Below, in pieces: positions 27,652-43,469 of a stretch of DNA of 64,000 nucleotides. The translations under genes were made by a program, and so were the position numbers. Source of the DNA: Eledone cirrhosa (lineage: Eukaryota). The notes beneath the pieces are model-generated. The model saw only the letters and a list, made by a program, of their open reading frames with translations, ran no database searches and was not told the origin of the DNA. The stretch's first letter is position 1. The number at the start of each line of letters is the position of its first letter. Where the stretch lies: positions 32,798,001-32,862,000 of the forward strand of contig OZ024754.1 of the NCBI GenBank assembly GCA_964016885.1. The letters are read 5' to 3'.

Positions 27652-28800
27652 TTGGTGGTGGTGGTGGTGGTGGTTGTGGTGGTGGTTGTGGTAGTGGTGG
27701 TGGTGGTTGTGGTAGTGGTGGTACTGGTGGTGGCTGTGGTAGTGGTAGTGGTCGTGGTGTTGGTGGTTGTGGTAGTGGTGGTGGTGGTGGTTGTGGTGGT
27801 GGTTGTGGTAGTGGTGGTGGTGGTGGTGGTTGTGGTAGTGGTGGTGATGGTGGTGATGGTGGTGGTAGTGGTGGTGGTGGTGGTGGTTGTGGTAGTGGTG
27901 GTGGTGGTGGTGGTTGTGCTAGTAGTGGTGATGGTGGTGGTAGTGGTGGTGGTGGTGGTGGTGGTGGTTGTGGTAGTGGTGGTGGTGGTGGTGGTAGTGG
28001 TGGTGGTGGTGGTGGTGGTGGTGGTTGTGGTAGTGGTGGTGGTGGTGGTGGTGGTGGTTGTGGTAGTGGTGGTGGTGGTTGTGGTAGTGGTGGTGGTGGT
28101 GGTAGTGGTGGTGGTATTGGTGGTACTGGTGGTGGTTGTGGTAGTGGTGGTGGTGGTGGTGGTACTGGTGGTACTGGTGGTGGTTTTGGTAGTGGTAGTG
28201 GTCGTGGTGTTGGTGGTTGTGGTAGTGGTAGTGGTGGTGGTAGTTGTGGTAGTCGTAGTGGTGGTGGTGGTAGTGGTGGTACTGGTGGTGGTTGTGGTAG
28301 AGGTAGTGGTCGTGGTGTTGGTGATTGTGGTAGTGGTGGTGGTGGTGGTGGTAGTGGTGGTACAGGTGGTGGTTGTGGTAGTGGTAGTGGTGGTGGCGTT
28401 GGTGGTGGTGGTTGTGGTAGTGGTTGTGGTGGTGGTGGTGGTGGTGGTGGTGTTGGTGGTGGTTGTGGTGGTGGTGGTGGTGGTGGTGGTGTTTGCAACG
28501 ATGGGTGATAGCAACGGAAGCGGTGGTGGTGGCATTAGTGAGAGTCATGTTGAGACTGGTGGTTGTGGTTGCAGGGGTGGTGGTAGTAGTGGTGCCTGTC
28601 GCGAGGATGGTGCCATTGGCGAGAGTGATGGTGATGGTGGTGGTGTTGGGAGGTGGTGAGATTGCTGGTGGTGGTGAGAGTGGTGGTGGTGAGAGTGGTG
28701 GTGGTAGTGAGAGTGGCGGTGGTGAGAGTGGTGGTGGTGGTGAGAGTGGTGGTAGTGAGAGTGGCGGTGGTAGTGAGAGTGGCGGTGGTGGTGGTTGTGG
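27652..28800. repeat. (GGT)n-derived trinucleotide satellite
   Basis: Poly-G/V/T/P/H ORFs in many frames are artefacts of this repeat. Confidence 0.9.
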
Positions 28801-29005
28801 TGTCGGTGGTTCCTTTGACTTTAAACTACAAGCTGTTCTCTTCGTTTCCAGTCATATTTTAATTTGGTGAGTTTCACCATTTCTCGGTTCCCGCCAAAAA
28901 AAATTATAAAATAAAATAACAAACAACATATCCACAAAATATATATCAAAAATAAAACAGAAAGTTAAACAGCCATATTGTCGCTATTGATCAGATTCTC
29001 ATTGG

Positions 29006-29038
<33 letters not shown>

Positions 29039-29080
29039 GTATGTATACATATACATATATCTATATAGGTATATATATAA

Positions 29081-29135
<55 letters not shown>

Positions 29136-29203
29136 GGCATGTACATATATACATACATATGTATGTATACATATACATATATCTATATAAGTATATATAT
29201 AAG

Positions 29204-29239
<36 letters not shown>

Positions 29240-29256
29240 CATGTTTGTGTGTGTTT

Positions 29257-29325
<69 letters not shown>

Positions 29326-29469
29326 GTAATACATTTCCGATGTTTTTTTAGTTCGTTCAAATTTAGCTTCATTTTAATGACTTCTGCTGTACCATTTCAT
29401 CAACGTCGTATATATATAGATAGAAATATATATACGTGTACATACCGTGATTTTTTAAATAAAAGTCAT

Positions 29470-30965
<1,496 letters not shown>

Positions 30966-31037
30966 ATATATATATAAATTTATTTCTTTACCTATATCCA
31001 TAGCTCTCTCTCTCTCTCTCTCTCTCTATCGCTATCT

Positions 31038-31102
<65 letters not shown>

Positions 31103-31107
<5 letters not shown>

Positions 31108-31296
31108 AAGTATGACCCCGACGGCCGAGCTCCAGCCGTTTCGACGGCTATTTCTAGACAGTCTAGAAATAGCCGTCGAAACGGCTGGAGCTCTGCCGTC
31201 GGGATCATACGTTTTCCTATTGCCCACTCTACTACCCTAAGTATTGAGTACTCTGGTGCGTTATGGTCCATCTGTTTCCTTACCACAATTCCTTCG

Positions 31297-31298
<2 letters not shown>
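31103..31298. mobile_element. Palindromic half-hammerhead family element
   Basis: Palindrome 31110-31210 plus tail cccactctactaccctaagtattgagtactctggtgcg...; TA flanks. Confidence 0.8.
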
Positions 31299-31337
<39 letters not shown>

Positions 31338-31396
31338 GGAACAAGTAAGACCCCGACGGCTGAGCTCAAGCCGTTTCGACGGCTAATTCTGGACTC
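31338..31396 (-). mobile_element. Half-hammerhead family fragment
   Basis: gaccccgacggctgagctcaagccgtttcgacggctaattctggact. Confidence 0.7.
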
Positions 31397-31419
31397 ACTC
31401 TCTCTCTCCCTCTCTCTCT

Positions 31420-31497
<78 letters not shown>

Positions 31498-31729
31498 GAG
31501 AGAGAGAGGTGGCTGTGTGTGTGTCTGTTGTTTATATATTTACATACAAGAAGAGAATACCAACAAGGTAAGTCAACAGTGGTAAACAATACAATGGTAA
31601 TAAGTATTAGCTTAACGCTGTACAGTTTACAATCGTTATGTAAATACTGTTTTGTTTTCAACTTCACTTCTTGGCTTCTATCCAAACGGCTTGTGAGTCA
31701 ACATTTCTGCAGATGACCATCGTATATAT

Positions 31730-31799
31730 ACATACATACATACATACATGTTTACATATATACATACAAACATACATACATACGTACATACATGCTTAT

Positions 31800-31832
<33 letters not shown>

Positions 31833-31911
31833 TACATACGTACATACATGCTTATATACATACATACATATATACATACAAACATACATACATACGTACA
31901 TACATGCTTAT

Positions 31912-31944
<33 letters not shown>

Positions 31945-32330
31945 TACATACGTACATACATGCTTATATACATACATACATATATACATACAAACATACA
32001 TACATACGTACATACATGCTTATATACATACATACATATATACATACAAACATACATACATACGTACATACATGCTTATATACATACATACATATATACA
32101 TACACACATACATACATACGTACATACATGCTTATATACATACATACATATATACATACAAACATACATACGTACATACATGCTTATATACATACATACA
32201 TATATGCATACAAACATACATACATACGTACATACATGCTTATATACATACATACATATATACATACAAATATACATACATACATACGTACATACATGCT
32301 TATATACATACATACATACATATATGCATA
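31730..32330. repeat. ~56-bp higher-order (TACA)n minisatellite
   Basis: Recurrent catacgtacatacatgcttatatac. Confidence 0.85.
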
Positions 32331-32746
32331 ATAAATACATATATATATACATACATACATAAATGCATACATACATACGTATATGCATAATAAATACATA
32401 TATATACACATACATACATACATAAATGCATACATACATACATATATGCATAATAAATACATATATATACACATACATACATAAATGCATACATATATAC
32501 ATATATACATACATACACATATATACATACATAAATGCATACATACATACGTAAATATATACATACGTACATACATACATACATACAAACAAACATATAT
32601 ACATACAAACATACGTACATACATACATACGTACGTAAATACATACATAATACATACAGACATGCATACATAATATATACAGACATACATGAATACATAA
32701 TACATACATACATAAATACATGCATATATTTATATATATATATATA

Positions 32747-32913
32747 CCGTATTTCCCGGCGCCAAAGACGCTTCGTCCTCGAAGACGTACCCTAATTTTG
32801 AAAACGAAAAATTTGAAAACAATAATAAACAACCTTCGGCCTTCAAGTCACATGTTAAATTTTTAATACTTATTTTAGGAAGAAAGTAACGTATTCGACG
32901 CCGGGAAATACCT
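32747..32913. mobile_element. Tc1/mariner (pogo-like) MITE
   Basis: TIRs ccgtatttcccggcg / cgccgggaaatac(ct), with TA on both sides. Confidence 0.6.
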
Positions 32914-33476
32914 TACACACATACATACATAAATACATACTAGGCTTCACAGGAACAAAGAACAAAACTAGTTAGGAAATTACAAGTACAATCCACTAAT
33001 GGAACAGTGAAAATATGTAAGACATTCCAAAAATTGTGCATCTAATAACTGCATATACACATATACAGAAGCAAAGCATATACACATGCGCACATACAAC
33101 TCAAAACATACACATCCACACATACAATAACATCCGTATCTACACATGTATGCATGCAGACATGCATACATACCTACCTAGTTGATGTTGTATAAATTCC
33201 AATGAGAGAGTCTTGTGTCTATGTTAGAAACCGACTCTCTCTCTATTGGCAAAAATTTGTGAAATTATAAAACCAGAAGAACATACATAATACATACATA
33301 CATAATACAATAATTAAGCTAGTCACTACAACGGTGTCATACCAGGTACGGACGTGTCATTAGCCCTAAAGACCAATTTGTTCATCTCCTCCGATGAAAA
33401 TGAACCATTTATATATCTCTCTCTCTCTATATATATATATATAGTTAAAAGAATAGAGGTGTAACACACAAGTTAT

Positions 33477-33955
33477 TATATATTGGTAAACGGAATAGAA
33501 AATGCTGACAAATTGTTCACAGTTGAAAAATGGTTTAATTAGGAATAAAAGAGTATTAGTGATTGTATGGGTTAGTATTCAGTTGTGGTTTTAAGTTTTT
33601 AAGTTTTTACCGGTTGCGCATTTCTAAATGCTTTTCAAAAATAATTTTGAGAAAGAGTGTCCGTGCTGTTTGCTTTGATCTGATTAGTTTTGGGAATTCT
33701 ACCTGTTTTTATGTTAAAAAAGTGGCTCCAGCGTTATTTTTGTGTTGCAAAAATGCTTGTGGTCAAAACAATTTTGATTGGTCGGTAGAGGTCATGTGAA
33801 TGTAAAAAGTTGATTTTGCGCCAAGACTGTTTTTATGTTAAAAAAGTGGCTCCAGCAAAAATTCTTGGTCAAAACAATTTTGATTGGTCGGTAGAGGTCA
33901 TGTGGATAAAAAATTGGTTTTGCGCCAAGATTGAGAAATGACTCTTTCACAACAA

Positions 33956-33996
<41 letters not shown>

Positions 33997-34070
33997 TGTA
34001 GTAGTAGTAGTAAGGTGTTCGATGCTGCGACAATGGCCAGCAGCGATGTGTGTCAAATGGCTATTAAGAT

Positions 34071-34107
<37 letters not shown>

Positions 34108-34345
34108 GCAGAGTAATTCGATGGTCAGTAAGAATGTGTCTGAAAGCAATGGGGGGTATTTTAGCATGTCAAAAGATATTTTTGAAAAGCATTTAGAAAT
34201 GCGCAACCGGTAAAAACTTAAAAACTTAAAACCACAACTGAATACTAACCCATACAATCACTAATACTCTTTTATTCCTAATTAAACCATTTTTCAACTG
34301 TGAACAATTTGTCAGCATCTTCTATTCCGTTTACCAATATATATA
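33477..34345. mobile_element. Element with ~165-bp inverted arms and an internal direct duplication
   Basis: 33477-33643 is the inverse of ~34177-34345; segments at ~33705-33830 recur at ~33828-33930; TA flanks. Confidence 0.75.
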
Positions 34346-34970
34346 TATATACTGCCTGTCTGTTTCGTTCCTTGTATCTCTACCACTTTTAGCAGTTTCC
34401 TCTCTGTTACCCTCTCCTCAACTTTCACTCACTCATTCTCTGTCACTACCTCTCCTCCTCCTCTTTCCTCCTCCTCCTTCAAGTTTGACCTGTGTGTAAT
34501 TCTTTTCTCGCGCAGTCTTGACCGAGCTGGTAATAATTTTTTTTCTCTCTCTCTTTCGTCTGCGACTTCACAAAACTTGCGTTTACCGAATCCGTAGACC
34601 AGTTTTCGTTCTCTCTCTCTCTCTCTCCTTTTTCCCCCCTGTCGAACTTGGGCGAAATTCTTTCCTTGCTCACATTTCTACCAGGTTCGATGGCCTTTCG
34701 TCTCTTGTTCACGATTTCACAGAGTTTATATTCATAGAGATCTGGGACTTGTCTATTTCTACTCACTTTCCGTTGCTATAACCCTTTTGTTGTTACTCTA
34801 ATGTCCCCCCCTTATTTACGTGTCCCAACGACTTTTTTTAGCCGTTGTTCGCACCAACCTGAGGCATATGGCCCTTAAAGCGATGAAATGCCGAGGACGG
34901 TTGGAGGGTCACTGATGAGGACTCACTTTTTCATATGTATCCCATTTGCAACGCCGCAGCTCCATTATCA

Positions 34971-35031
<61 letters not shown>

Positions 35032-35102
35032 ATTAAAATACTTGAGTGCGTTGGAGTTAAACACACTTGTTCTGGCCGTTAATGCTTCTTGTCTCTTTAC
35101 TT

Positions 35103-35143
35103 GCTCTGATGAGTTCCTATTAATGGGACGAAACACTGTCAGC
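35103..35143 (+). ncRNA. Minimal type I hammerhead ribozyme
   Basis: GCT CTGATGA GTTCC-TATTAAT-GGGAC GAAA C-ACT-G TC AGC; canonical GUC triplet, followed by AATAAA; in a ~160 bp TA-flanked island. Confidence 0.75.
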
Positions 35144-35191
35144 TAATAAAGACTTTTGATGTATTGAAGGCTTCTTTGTTTATTTTTTATA

Positions 35192-35245
<54 letters not shown>

Positions 35246-35409
35246 TGGAGACAAATTCATATACTAAGCATATCTGACGACCTTTCGATTACAGAGTCAG
35301 GTTCGATCTATAATAGGTCTTGCCTCGAGCTGATCGATAGTTGAACATATGTAATATGTTATTAAATATGTTATGATGCAACACTGAATCCTTGTTCCTT
35401 ATCCTTATA

Positions 35410-35480
<71 letters not shown>

Positions 35481-35599
35481 TGTGTGTGTATACATTATAT
35501 ATTAGGGTGTTCCATTTTGCAGATTATTCTCCAATCATCTCATGTTGATTTGTGCCTGTGTTTGGGTTAATGATATGAACTGTCTAAATATGTCTATAT

Positions 35600-35790
35600 A
35601 ATAATTGTTTCTTCTTTTCGCACAAGGCCAGCAATTACCCAGTGCATTACCGGTACTTTATTGTATCGACCCCGTAAGGATGAAAGGCAAAGTTAACCTC
35701 GGTGGGATTTGAACTCAGTCCGTAAAGGGACGTAACTATGGTGCAAAGCATAGCGTCCGACTCCTCTACTGATACTGTCAATCCACCGCC
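35600..35790 (-). mobile_element. MetaSINE-like tRNA-SINE with TSD
   Basis: Full SINE; tgtctatataataat is duplicated at both ends. Confidence 0.85.
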
Positions 35791-36009
35791 TTGTCTATAT
35801 AATAATAAGACAGTAAATATACACATAGACGTACACCAGGTACGAGGTTATTCTAAGCCAATCGAATAATATCAATATAGAAAAGCGAGAGCTTTATAAT
35901 CTGGGCGATGATCACCAGAAATCAATACAGTCTATAAATATTGAACCCTTTCTTTTCCCTTTTGCTTGTAAAAATCTCCCCTGGGCTCATCATCGGTCAG
36001 AATAGTTTG

Positions 36010-36198
36010 ATAATTATTTCTACCCTTGGCACAAGGTCAGCAATTACCCCCAGTGTATTACTGGTACTTTATTTCATCGACCCCGTAAGGATGAAAGGCA
36101 AAGTTAACCTCGGCGGGATTTGAACTCAGCATGGCAAGGGCCGTAACTCTTTGCAGCAAAGCATGGCGTCCGACCCTCTACCGATACTGCCATCCACC
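36010..36198 (-). mobile_element. MetaSINE-like tRNA-SINE
   Basis: Same family as 25656-25848. Confidence 0.85.
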
Positions 36199-36344
36199 AA
36201 CAATGAGAGATCGAGCCGTTTTGGTAGGGAGATATTGTATGTCCTCAAACTTCCTGGCTCTTTTGGCTAATATATTTTATGGCAACTGAAATTGTCTTCT
36301 CGAGTTCGAAGTGAAGGTAGATAAACACAAGAGTACTTTTGGTA

Positions 36345-38065
36345 ATGGTAATGGTAGTGGTTTGGTGGTGATGATGGTGGTGGTGATGATGGTGGTGGTG
36401 GTGGTGGTGGTGGTGGTGGTGTTGGTTTTGTAGCTATGTAACGCATGGTGGTGGTAGTGGTGGTGATGTAGGTGATGGTGGTGTAGTTGTAGCTTTGTAG
36501 CTGGTGGTGGTGATGGTGGTGAATTTGGTAGTGGCGGTGGTGATGGAGGTGTAGCTTGTAGCTGATGGTGGTGGTGGTGATGGTGGTGATGATGGTGGAG
36601 GTGGTGATGGTGGTGGTGGAGGTGGTGGTGGTGGTGGTGGTGGTGGCGGTGGTGGTGGTGGTGGTGGTGTTGGTTTTGTAGCTATGTAACGCATGGTGGT
36701 GGTGGTGATGTAGGTGATGGTGGTGTAGTTGTAGCTTTGTAGCTGGTGGTGGTGATGCTGGTGGATTTGGTGGTGGCGGTGGTGATGGAGGTGTAGCTTG
36801 TAGCTGATGGTGGTGGTGGTGATGGTGGTGGTGATGGTGGTGATGATGGTGGAGGTGGTGATGGTGGTGGTGGTGGTGGTTTTGGTGGTGATGGTGGTGG
36901 ATTTGGTGGTGGTGATGGTGGTTGTGGTGATGGTGGTGGTGGTGCTGGTTTTGGTTGTGAAGGTGGTGGTGTATATGATTGTAGAGATGTTGCTGGTGGT
37001 GGTGGTAGTGTTACAATGGTAGTGTTTCAATGGTAGTGTTACAATGGTAGTGTTACAATGGTAGTGTTGGTGGCGGTAGTGTTACAATGGCAGTGTTGGG
37101 GGTGGTGGTACAATGGTTGTGTTGGTGGTGGTGTTACAATGGTAGTGCTGGTGGTGGTGTTACAATGGTAGTGTTACAATGGTAGTGCTGGTGGTGGTGC
37201 TACAATGGTAGTGTTACAATGGTAGTGCTGGTGGTGGTGTTACAATGGTAGTGTTACAATGGTAGTGTTGGTGGTGGTGTTACAATGGTAGTGTTACAAT
37301 GGTAGTGTTGGTGGTGGTGGTGGTGCTGGTGTTACAGTGGTGGTGCTGGTGGTGGTGTTACAGTGGTAGTGTTGGTGGTGGTGTTACAATGGTAGTGTTA
37401 GAATGGTAGTGCTGGTGGTGGTGTTACAATGGTAGTGTTACAATGGCAGTGTTGGTGGTGGTGGTACAATGGTTGTGTTGGTGGTGGTGTTACAATGGTA
37501 GTGTTGGTGGTGGTGGTACAATGGTTGTGTTGGTGGTGGTGGTACAATGGTTGTGTTGGTGGTGGTGTTACAATGGCAGTGTTGGTGGTGGTGGTACAAT
37601 GGTTGTGTTGGTGGTAGTGTTACAATGGCAGTGTTGGTGGTGGTGGTACAATGGTTGTGTTGGTGGTAGTGTTACAATGGTAGTGTTGGTGTTGGTGGTG
37701 GTGCTGGTGTTACAGTGGTGGTGGTGGTGGTGTTACAGTGGTAGTGTTGGTGGTGGTGTTACAATGGTTGTGTTGGTGGTAGTGTTACAATGGCAGTGTT
37801 GGTGGTAGTGTTACAATGGTAGTGCTGGTGTTGGTGGTGGTGCTGGTGTTATAGTGGTGGTGGTGGTGGTGGTGGTGTTACAGTGGTAGTGTTGGTGGTG
37901 GTGTTACAATGGTAGTGCTGGTGTTGGTGGTGGTGCTAGTGTTACAGTGGTGGTGGTGGTGGTGGTGATGTTACAGTGGTAGTGTTGGTGGTGGTGTTAC
38001 AATGGTAGTGCTGGTGTTGGTGGTGGTGCTGGTGTTATAGTGGTGGTGCTGGTGATGGTACAATG
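36345..38065. repeat. (GGT)n tract and gtgttacaatggta-based minisatellite
   Basis: Tandem repeats seen directly. Confidence 0.9.
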
Positions 38066-38572
38066 TAAGTGATGGTGGTAGTGTCACAAAGATAGTGGTT
38101 TATATATCTTTAAACGTATAAATATATGAACACGTAATAATTTGTGTGTGTGTCTGTATGTTTAAGAGTGTATGTGTGTCTGTGTTCCATGCGCGCGTGT
38201 GTGTGTGTGTGTGAGTGTGTGTATGTGTGTGTGTGTGTGTGTGTGGTGTATTTAACAAGATGTATTACGTAAACGTTCATAGGAATGTTTGAATTCAAGA
38301 AATATATGTGTGTATAAATAAATATATATATGCGCATGAATGTGTGTCTAAGAGTGTATGTGTGCTTGTGTGTGCTTGTGTGTGCTTGTGTGTGCTTGTG
38401 TGTGCATGCATGTGTGGACTTGTGTATGTCTGTGTATGTTTTGTCATACCACAATACCACATGTACGTATGAGTGTATAATGTCTAGGAATTTATATATA
38501 TATATTATATATATATATATGCATATATATATATTACATATATATATGTATATATATGCATATATATATATA

Positions 38573-38841
<269 letters not shown>

Positions 38842-38844
38842 GTA

Positions 38845-38899
<55 letters not shown>

Positions 38900-38954
38900 G
38901 CATTTATATATATGCATATATATATATATGGATATATATATGCATATATATATA

Positions 38955-38992
<38 letters not shown>

Positions 38993-39000
<8 letters not shown>

Positions 39001-39119
39001 TAACAGATTAAAGTTTAAGCAAAGAATCGCTGCTTTCACCCTTAACGGGATCTTCTGAAACTCAGAAGATCCCGTTAAGGGTGAAAGCAGCGATTCTTTG
39101 CTTAAACTTTAATCTGTTA

Positions 39120-39127
<8 letters not shown>
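38993..39127. mobile_element. Near-perfect 135-bp palindrome made of two divergent CAGAAGA hammerhead variants
   Basis: Same family as 19192-20375; centre tcttctg-aaact-cagaaga. Confidence 0.85.
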
Positions 39128-39129
<2 letters not shown>

Positions 39130-39155
<26 letters not shown>

Positions 39156-39947
39156 TATATATATGTATATATATATATATGCATATATATATGCATATAT
39201 ATATATGCATATATATATATATATGCATATATATATGCATATATATATATGTGAGTGTGTAGTGTGTATGTGTGTGTATGTATATATATATGTATGTGTG
39301 TATGTGTATGTATATGTGTGTGTATGTATATATATATGTATGTGTGTGTGTATATGTAAAATGTGTGTGTGTGTATATATGTGTGTGTATGTATATGTGT
39401 GTGTGTGTGAGTATGTGTGTGGGTATGTATATGTGTGTGTGAGTGTGTATGTGTATGTATATGTGTGTGTATGTATATATATATATATCTCTGTGTGTGG
39501 GTGTGTATGTGTATATATGTGTGTGTATGTATATGTGTGTGTGAGTGTGTATGTGTGTGGGTATGTATATGTGTGTGTGAGTGTGTATGTGTATGTATAT
39601 GTGTGTGTATGTGTATGTATATGTGTGTGTATGTATATATATATATATGTGTGTGGGTGTGTATGTGTATATATGTGTGTGTGTATATATATGTGTGTGT
39701 GTGAGTATGTGTGTGGGTGTGTATGTGTATATATGTGTATGTATGTGTATATATGTGTGTGTGAGTGTGTATGTGTATGTATATGTGTGTTTATGTATAT
39801 ATATATATATATATATGTGTGTGTATGTGTATGTGTATATATGTGTGTGTATGTGTATATATGTGTGTGTGTATGTATATGTGTGTGTGAGTGTGTATGT
39901 GTGTGGGTATGTATATGTGTGTGTGTGAGTGTGTATGTGTATGTATA

Positions 39948-39988
<41 letters not shown>

Positions 39989-40045
39989 ATGTATATATAT
40001 ATGTGTATATATGGGTGTGTATGTGTATATATGTGTGTGTATGTG

Positions 40046-40087
<42 letters not shown>

Positions 40088-40090
40088 AGT
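39130..40090. repeat. (TG/TA)n compound microsatellite
   Basis: Simple repeat. Confidence 0.9.
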
Positions 40091-40316
40091 GTTTCTAGTA
40101 TAAAGTATCTGGAAACACCTCACGAACGGTGTCTCAGTAAAGGCGTTGATGTGCTAAAAAATCAATTGTTTTACACTAGAACAGCTTTTCGTTTTTTCGG
40201 TGTCAGTTTTCTGTTAGTCGGAAAAAATATATAATCACGATTGGTTCAACAAACTCTGCGATAAATTGATGTTAACGATTTAATACCACATCTACCTACC
40301 TACATATCTATCTACA

Positions 40317-40361
<45 letters not shown>

Positions 40362-40449
40362 ATATATATATCTATCTAATTATCTATCTATCTATATATA
40401 TATCTATCTGTATCTATCTATCTATCTATCTGCCTTGTGGCAAATAAAG

Positions 40450-40537
<88 letters not shown>

Positions 40538-40622
40538 ACCTACCTACCTGCCTATATATCTGTCTATCTATCTATCTATCTATCTCTCTATATATATATA
40601 TATCTGCCTATCTATCTATATC

Positions 40623-40655
<33 letters not shown>

Positions 40656-40855
40656 GTGTCAGTGTGTGCATACATATATACATACATATATATATATATT
40701 TATATATATATACATATATATATATATTTATACATACATATATATATATATATATTTATACATACATATATATATATATATATTTATACATACATATATA
40801 TATATACATACATACATACATACATACATACATACATACAAATACACACACGCAC

Positions 40856-40895
<40 letters not shown>

Positions 40896-40907
40896 GTATG
40901 TATATAT

Positions 40908-40973
<66 letters not shown>

Positions 40974-41448
40974 GCAATCAGACAGGCAATCAGCCAAACA
41001 GATAGATACATAGATAGATCGATAGACATTTATAGATAAATATGATAATAGGTAGGTAGGTGGTTAGATAAATAAATTGATTGATATATGTATGTAATCT
41101 TCTTTAGTATTCATACATTTATGGAACTCTCTCATTTACTATCTCTGCTTTTGTCTCTTTTTATAACAGTTTATCACTCTAGGTCTCTATATCACTATTG
41201 TACCTCCCTTTATATACACACACTATTGTACCTCCCTTTATATACACACACTACACTATATACATTGACTAACACACCCACTGATATGTAGGTAACTATA
41301 ATTATGTATATATATGTATGTATATATAAATATATATGTTTATATATATGTTTATATATATATATATGTTTATATATATATATGTTTATATATATATGCA
41401 TATATATATATATGCATATATATATATGTATATATATATATATATGTT

Positions 41449-41479
<31 letters not shown>

Positions 41480-41520
41480 GTATATATATATATATATAAG
41501 AGGGAGAGAGAGAGAAAGAG

Positions 41521-41588
<68 letters not shown>

Positions 41589-41600
41589 AATAATACACAT

Positions 41601-41640
<40 letters not shown>

Positions 41641-41671
41641 GTATGAATTTATGTATATACTTCTCTGTGAA

Positions 41672-41729
<58 letters not shown>

Positions 41730-41751
41730 GTGTGTGTGTGCTTGTATATGT

Positions 41752-41787
<36 letters not shown>

Positions 41788-42244
41788 GTGAGTGTGTGTG
41801 AGTGTGAGTATGTGTGTATGTATGTGTATGTATGTGTGTGTGTATGTGTGTATGTCTGGATAATACATGTGGTAAGCGTATCATCTCAAGTTGCATTTAC
41901 GTGATGTTAATAACTATTCTGGTGACACTGTAATATCGTAAAACTCATGCAATAGATACAATATTTGCTCTATTCAATCGGAAAGCAAACAGACCATCTC
42001 TCTCTGTCTCTCTCTCCCCCTCCTAATCTCTCTCTCTCTCGCACTCACTCCCTCCTAATCTCTCTCTCTCTCTCACCTAATCTCTCTCTCTCTCTCGCAC
42101 TCACTCCCTCCTAATCTCTCTGTCTCTCACCCACTATCTCTTCATTTCTTACTCTTTCACCCTCTGATTGGTTCTTTTCTTGTTTCTTTTTTCCTGTTTT
42201 TTTTTTTTAGCTTTCTCTCATTCCTTTTCTCTGTCACTCTCTCT

Positions 42245-42281
<37 letters not shown>

Positions 42282-42462
42282 CCTTTTTTTCGATTTAGTT
42301 TTCATCTGCTTCCCGCCTTTCACTATCTATCTATCTATATATCTATCTATTTATCTCTCTTTCTATCTCTCTCTCTATATATGTACTATACTCAACTTAA
42401 TATTATTATTATCACAATTATATGTATGTATGTAGGTATATATATATATGTATACAGATATA

Positions 42463-42541
<79 letters not shown>

Positions 42542-43469
42542 AAATATATATATATATCTGTATATATATGTATAAATATATATATATATCTGTATATATA
42601 TATATATATCTGTATATATATATATATATATATATCTGTATATATATATATATCTGCATATATATATATATACAGATATATATATATATGTGTGAGTGTG
42701 TATAGGTATATATATGTATGTAGGTATATACATATATACACACATATATACCTACACATACATACATATATATACACACTCACATATACATGAGAATTCC
42801 ATATATTTTCTTTGCTTTTCTTTCCGTCATCCCCCTCTCACTCCCTCCTTCCCTCTCTCTCTTTCTCCCTCTCTCTCTCACCCCTTTCTCTCCCCCCTCT
42901 CCTTCACACCCCTTTCTCTCTCTTCCAACTCCCAATCTCTCTCCCTCTCTCTGTGTCTCTCCTTCACTTTTTTTCTTTTTTCTCTCTATTCTCTTTCCTC
43001 CTATTCCTCTCCTTCTTTTGCTCTCTCTGCTTCTTTCTTTCTTTCCTTCCTCCTATGTCTTTCCTCGTGTCACACACACACACACACACACATACTCACA
43101 CACACAGAGACACACACACGCACACGCACACACACACACGCACACACAGACAGACACACGCACACACAGACAGACACACACACGCACACACAGATATACA
43201 GACAGACAGACACACACACACACACACACGCACATACACACATTCAAACAGACACTTACACACACACACACACTTACACACACTCTCACACACACTTACA
43301 CACACTCTCTCACACACACAGACACAGACTCTCTCTATCCTCCCCACACATTCTTACACAGGACCCCTCCCCCTCCCGCACACATACAGACACCCACCCA
43401 CACACAGGCTCTTTCTTTCCCACCATAACCCTTCATCTCTCTCTCTACACACACACGCCCCTCCCCCAT

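Noticed and set aside
27606-28870. 300-aa Gly/Cys-, Pro-, Thr-, Val- and His-rich ORFs
   Set aside because: (GGT)n satellite open in nearly all frames; no signal peptide or splice evidence
34854-34925. CCAAC-CTGAGGC...GAAA...GTTGG and a nearby CTGATGA
   Set aside because: Core mutated, stems II and III do not pair and there is no NUH site; possibly a relic but not supportable
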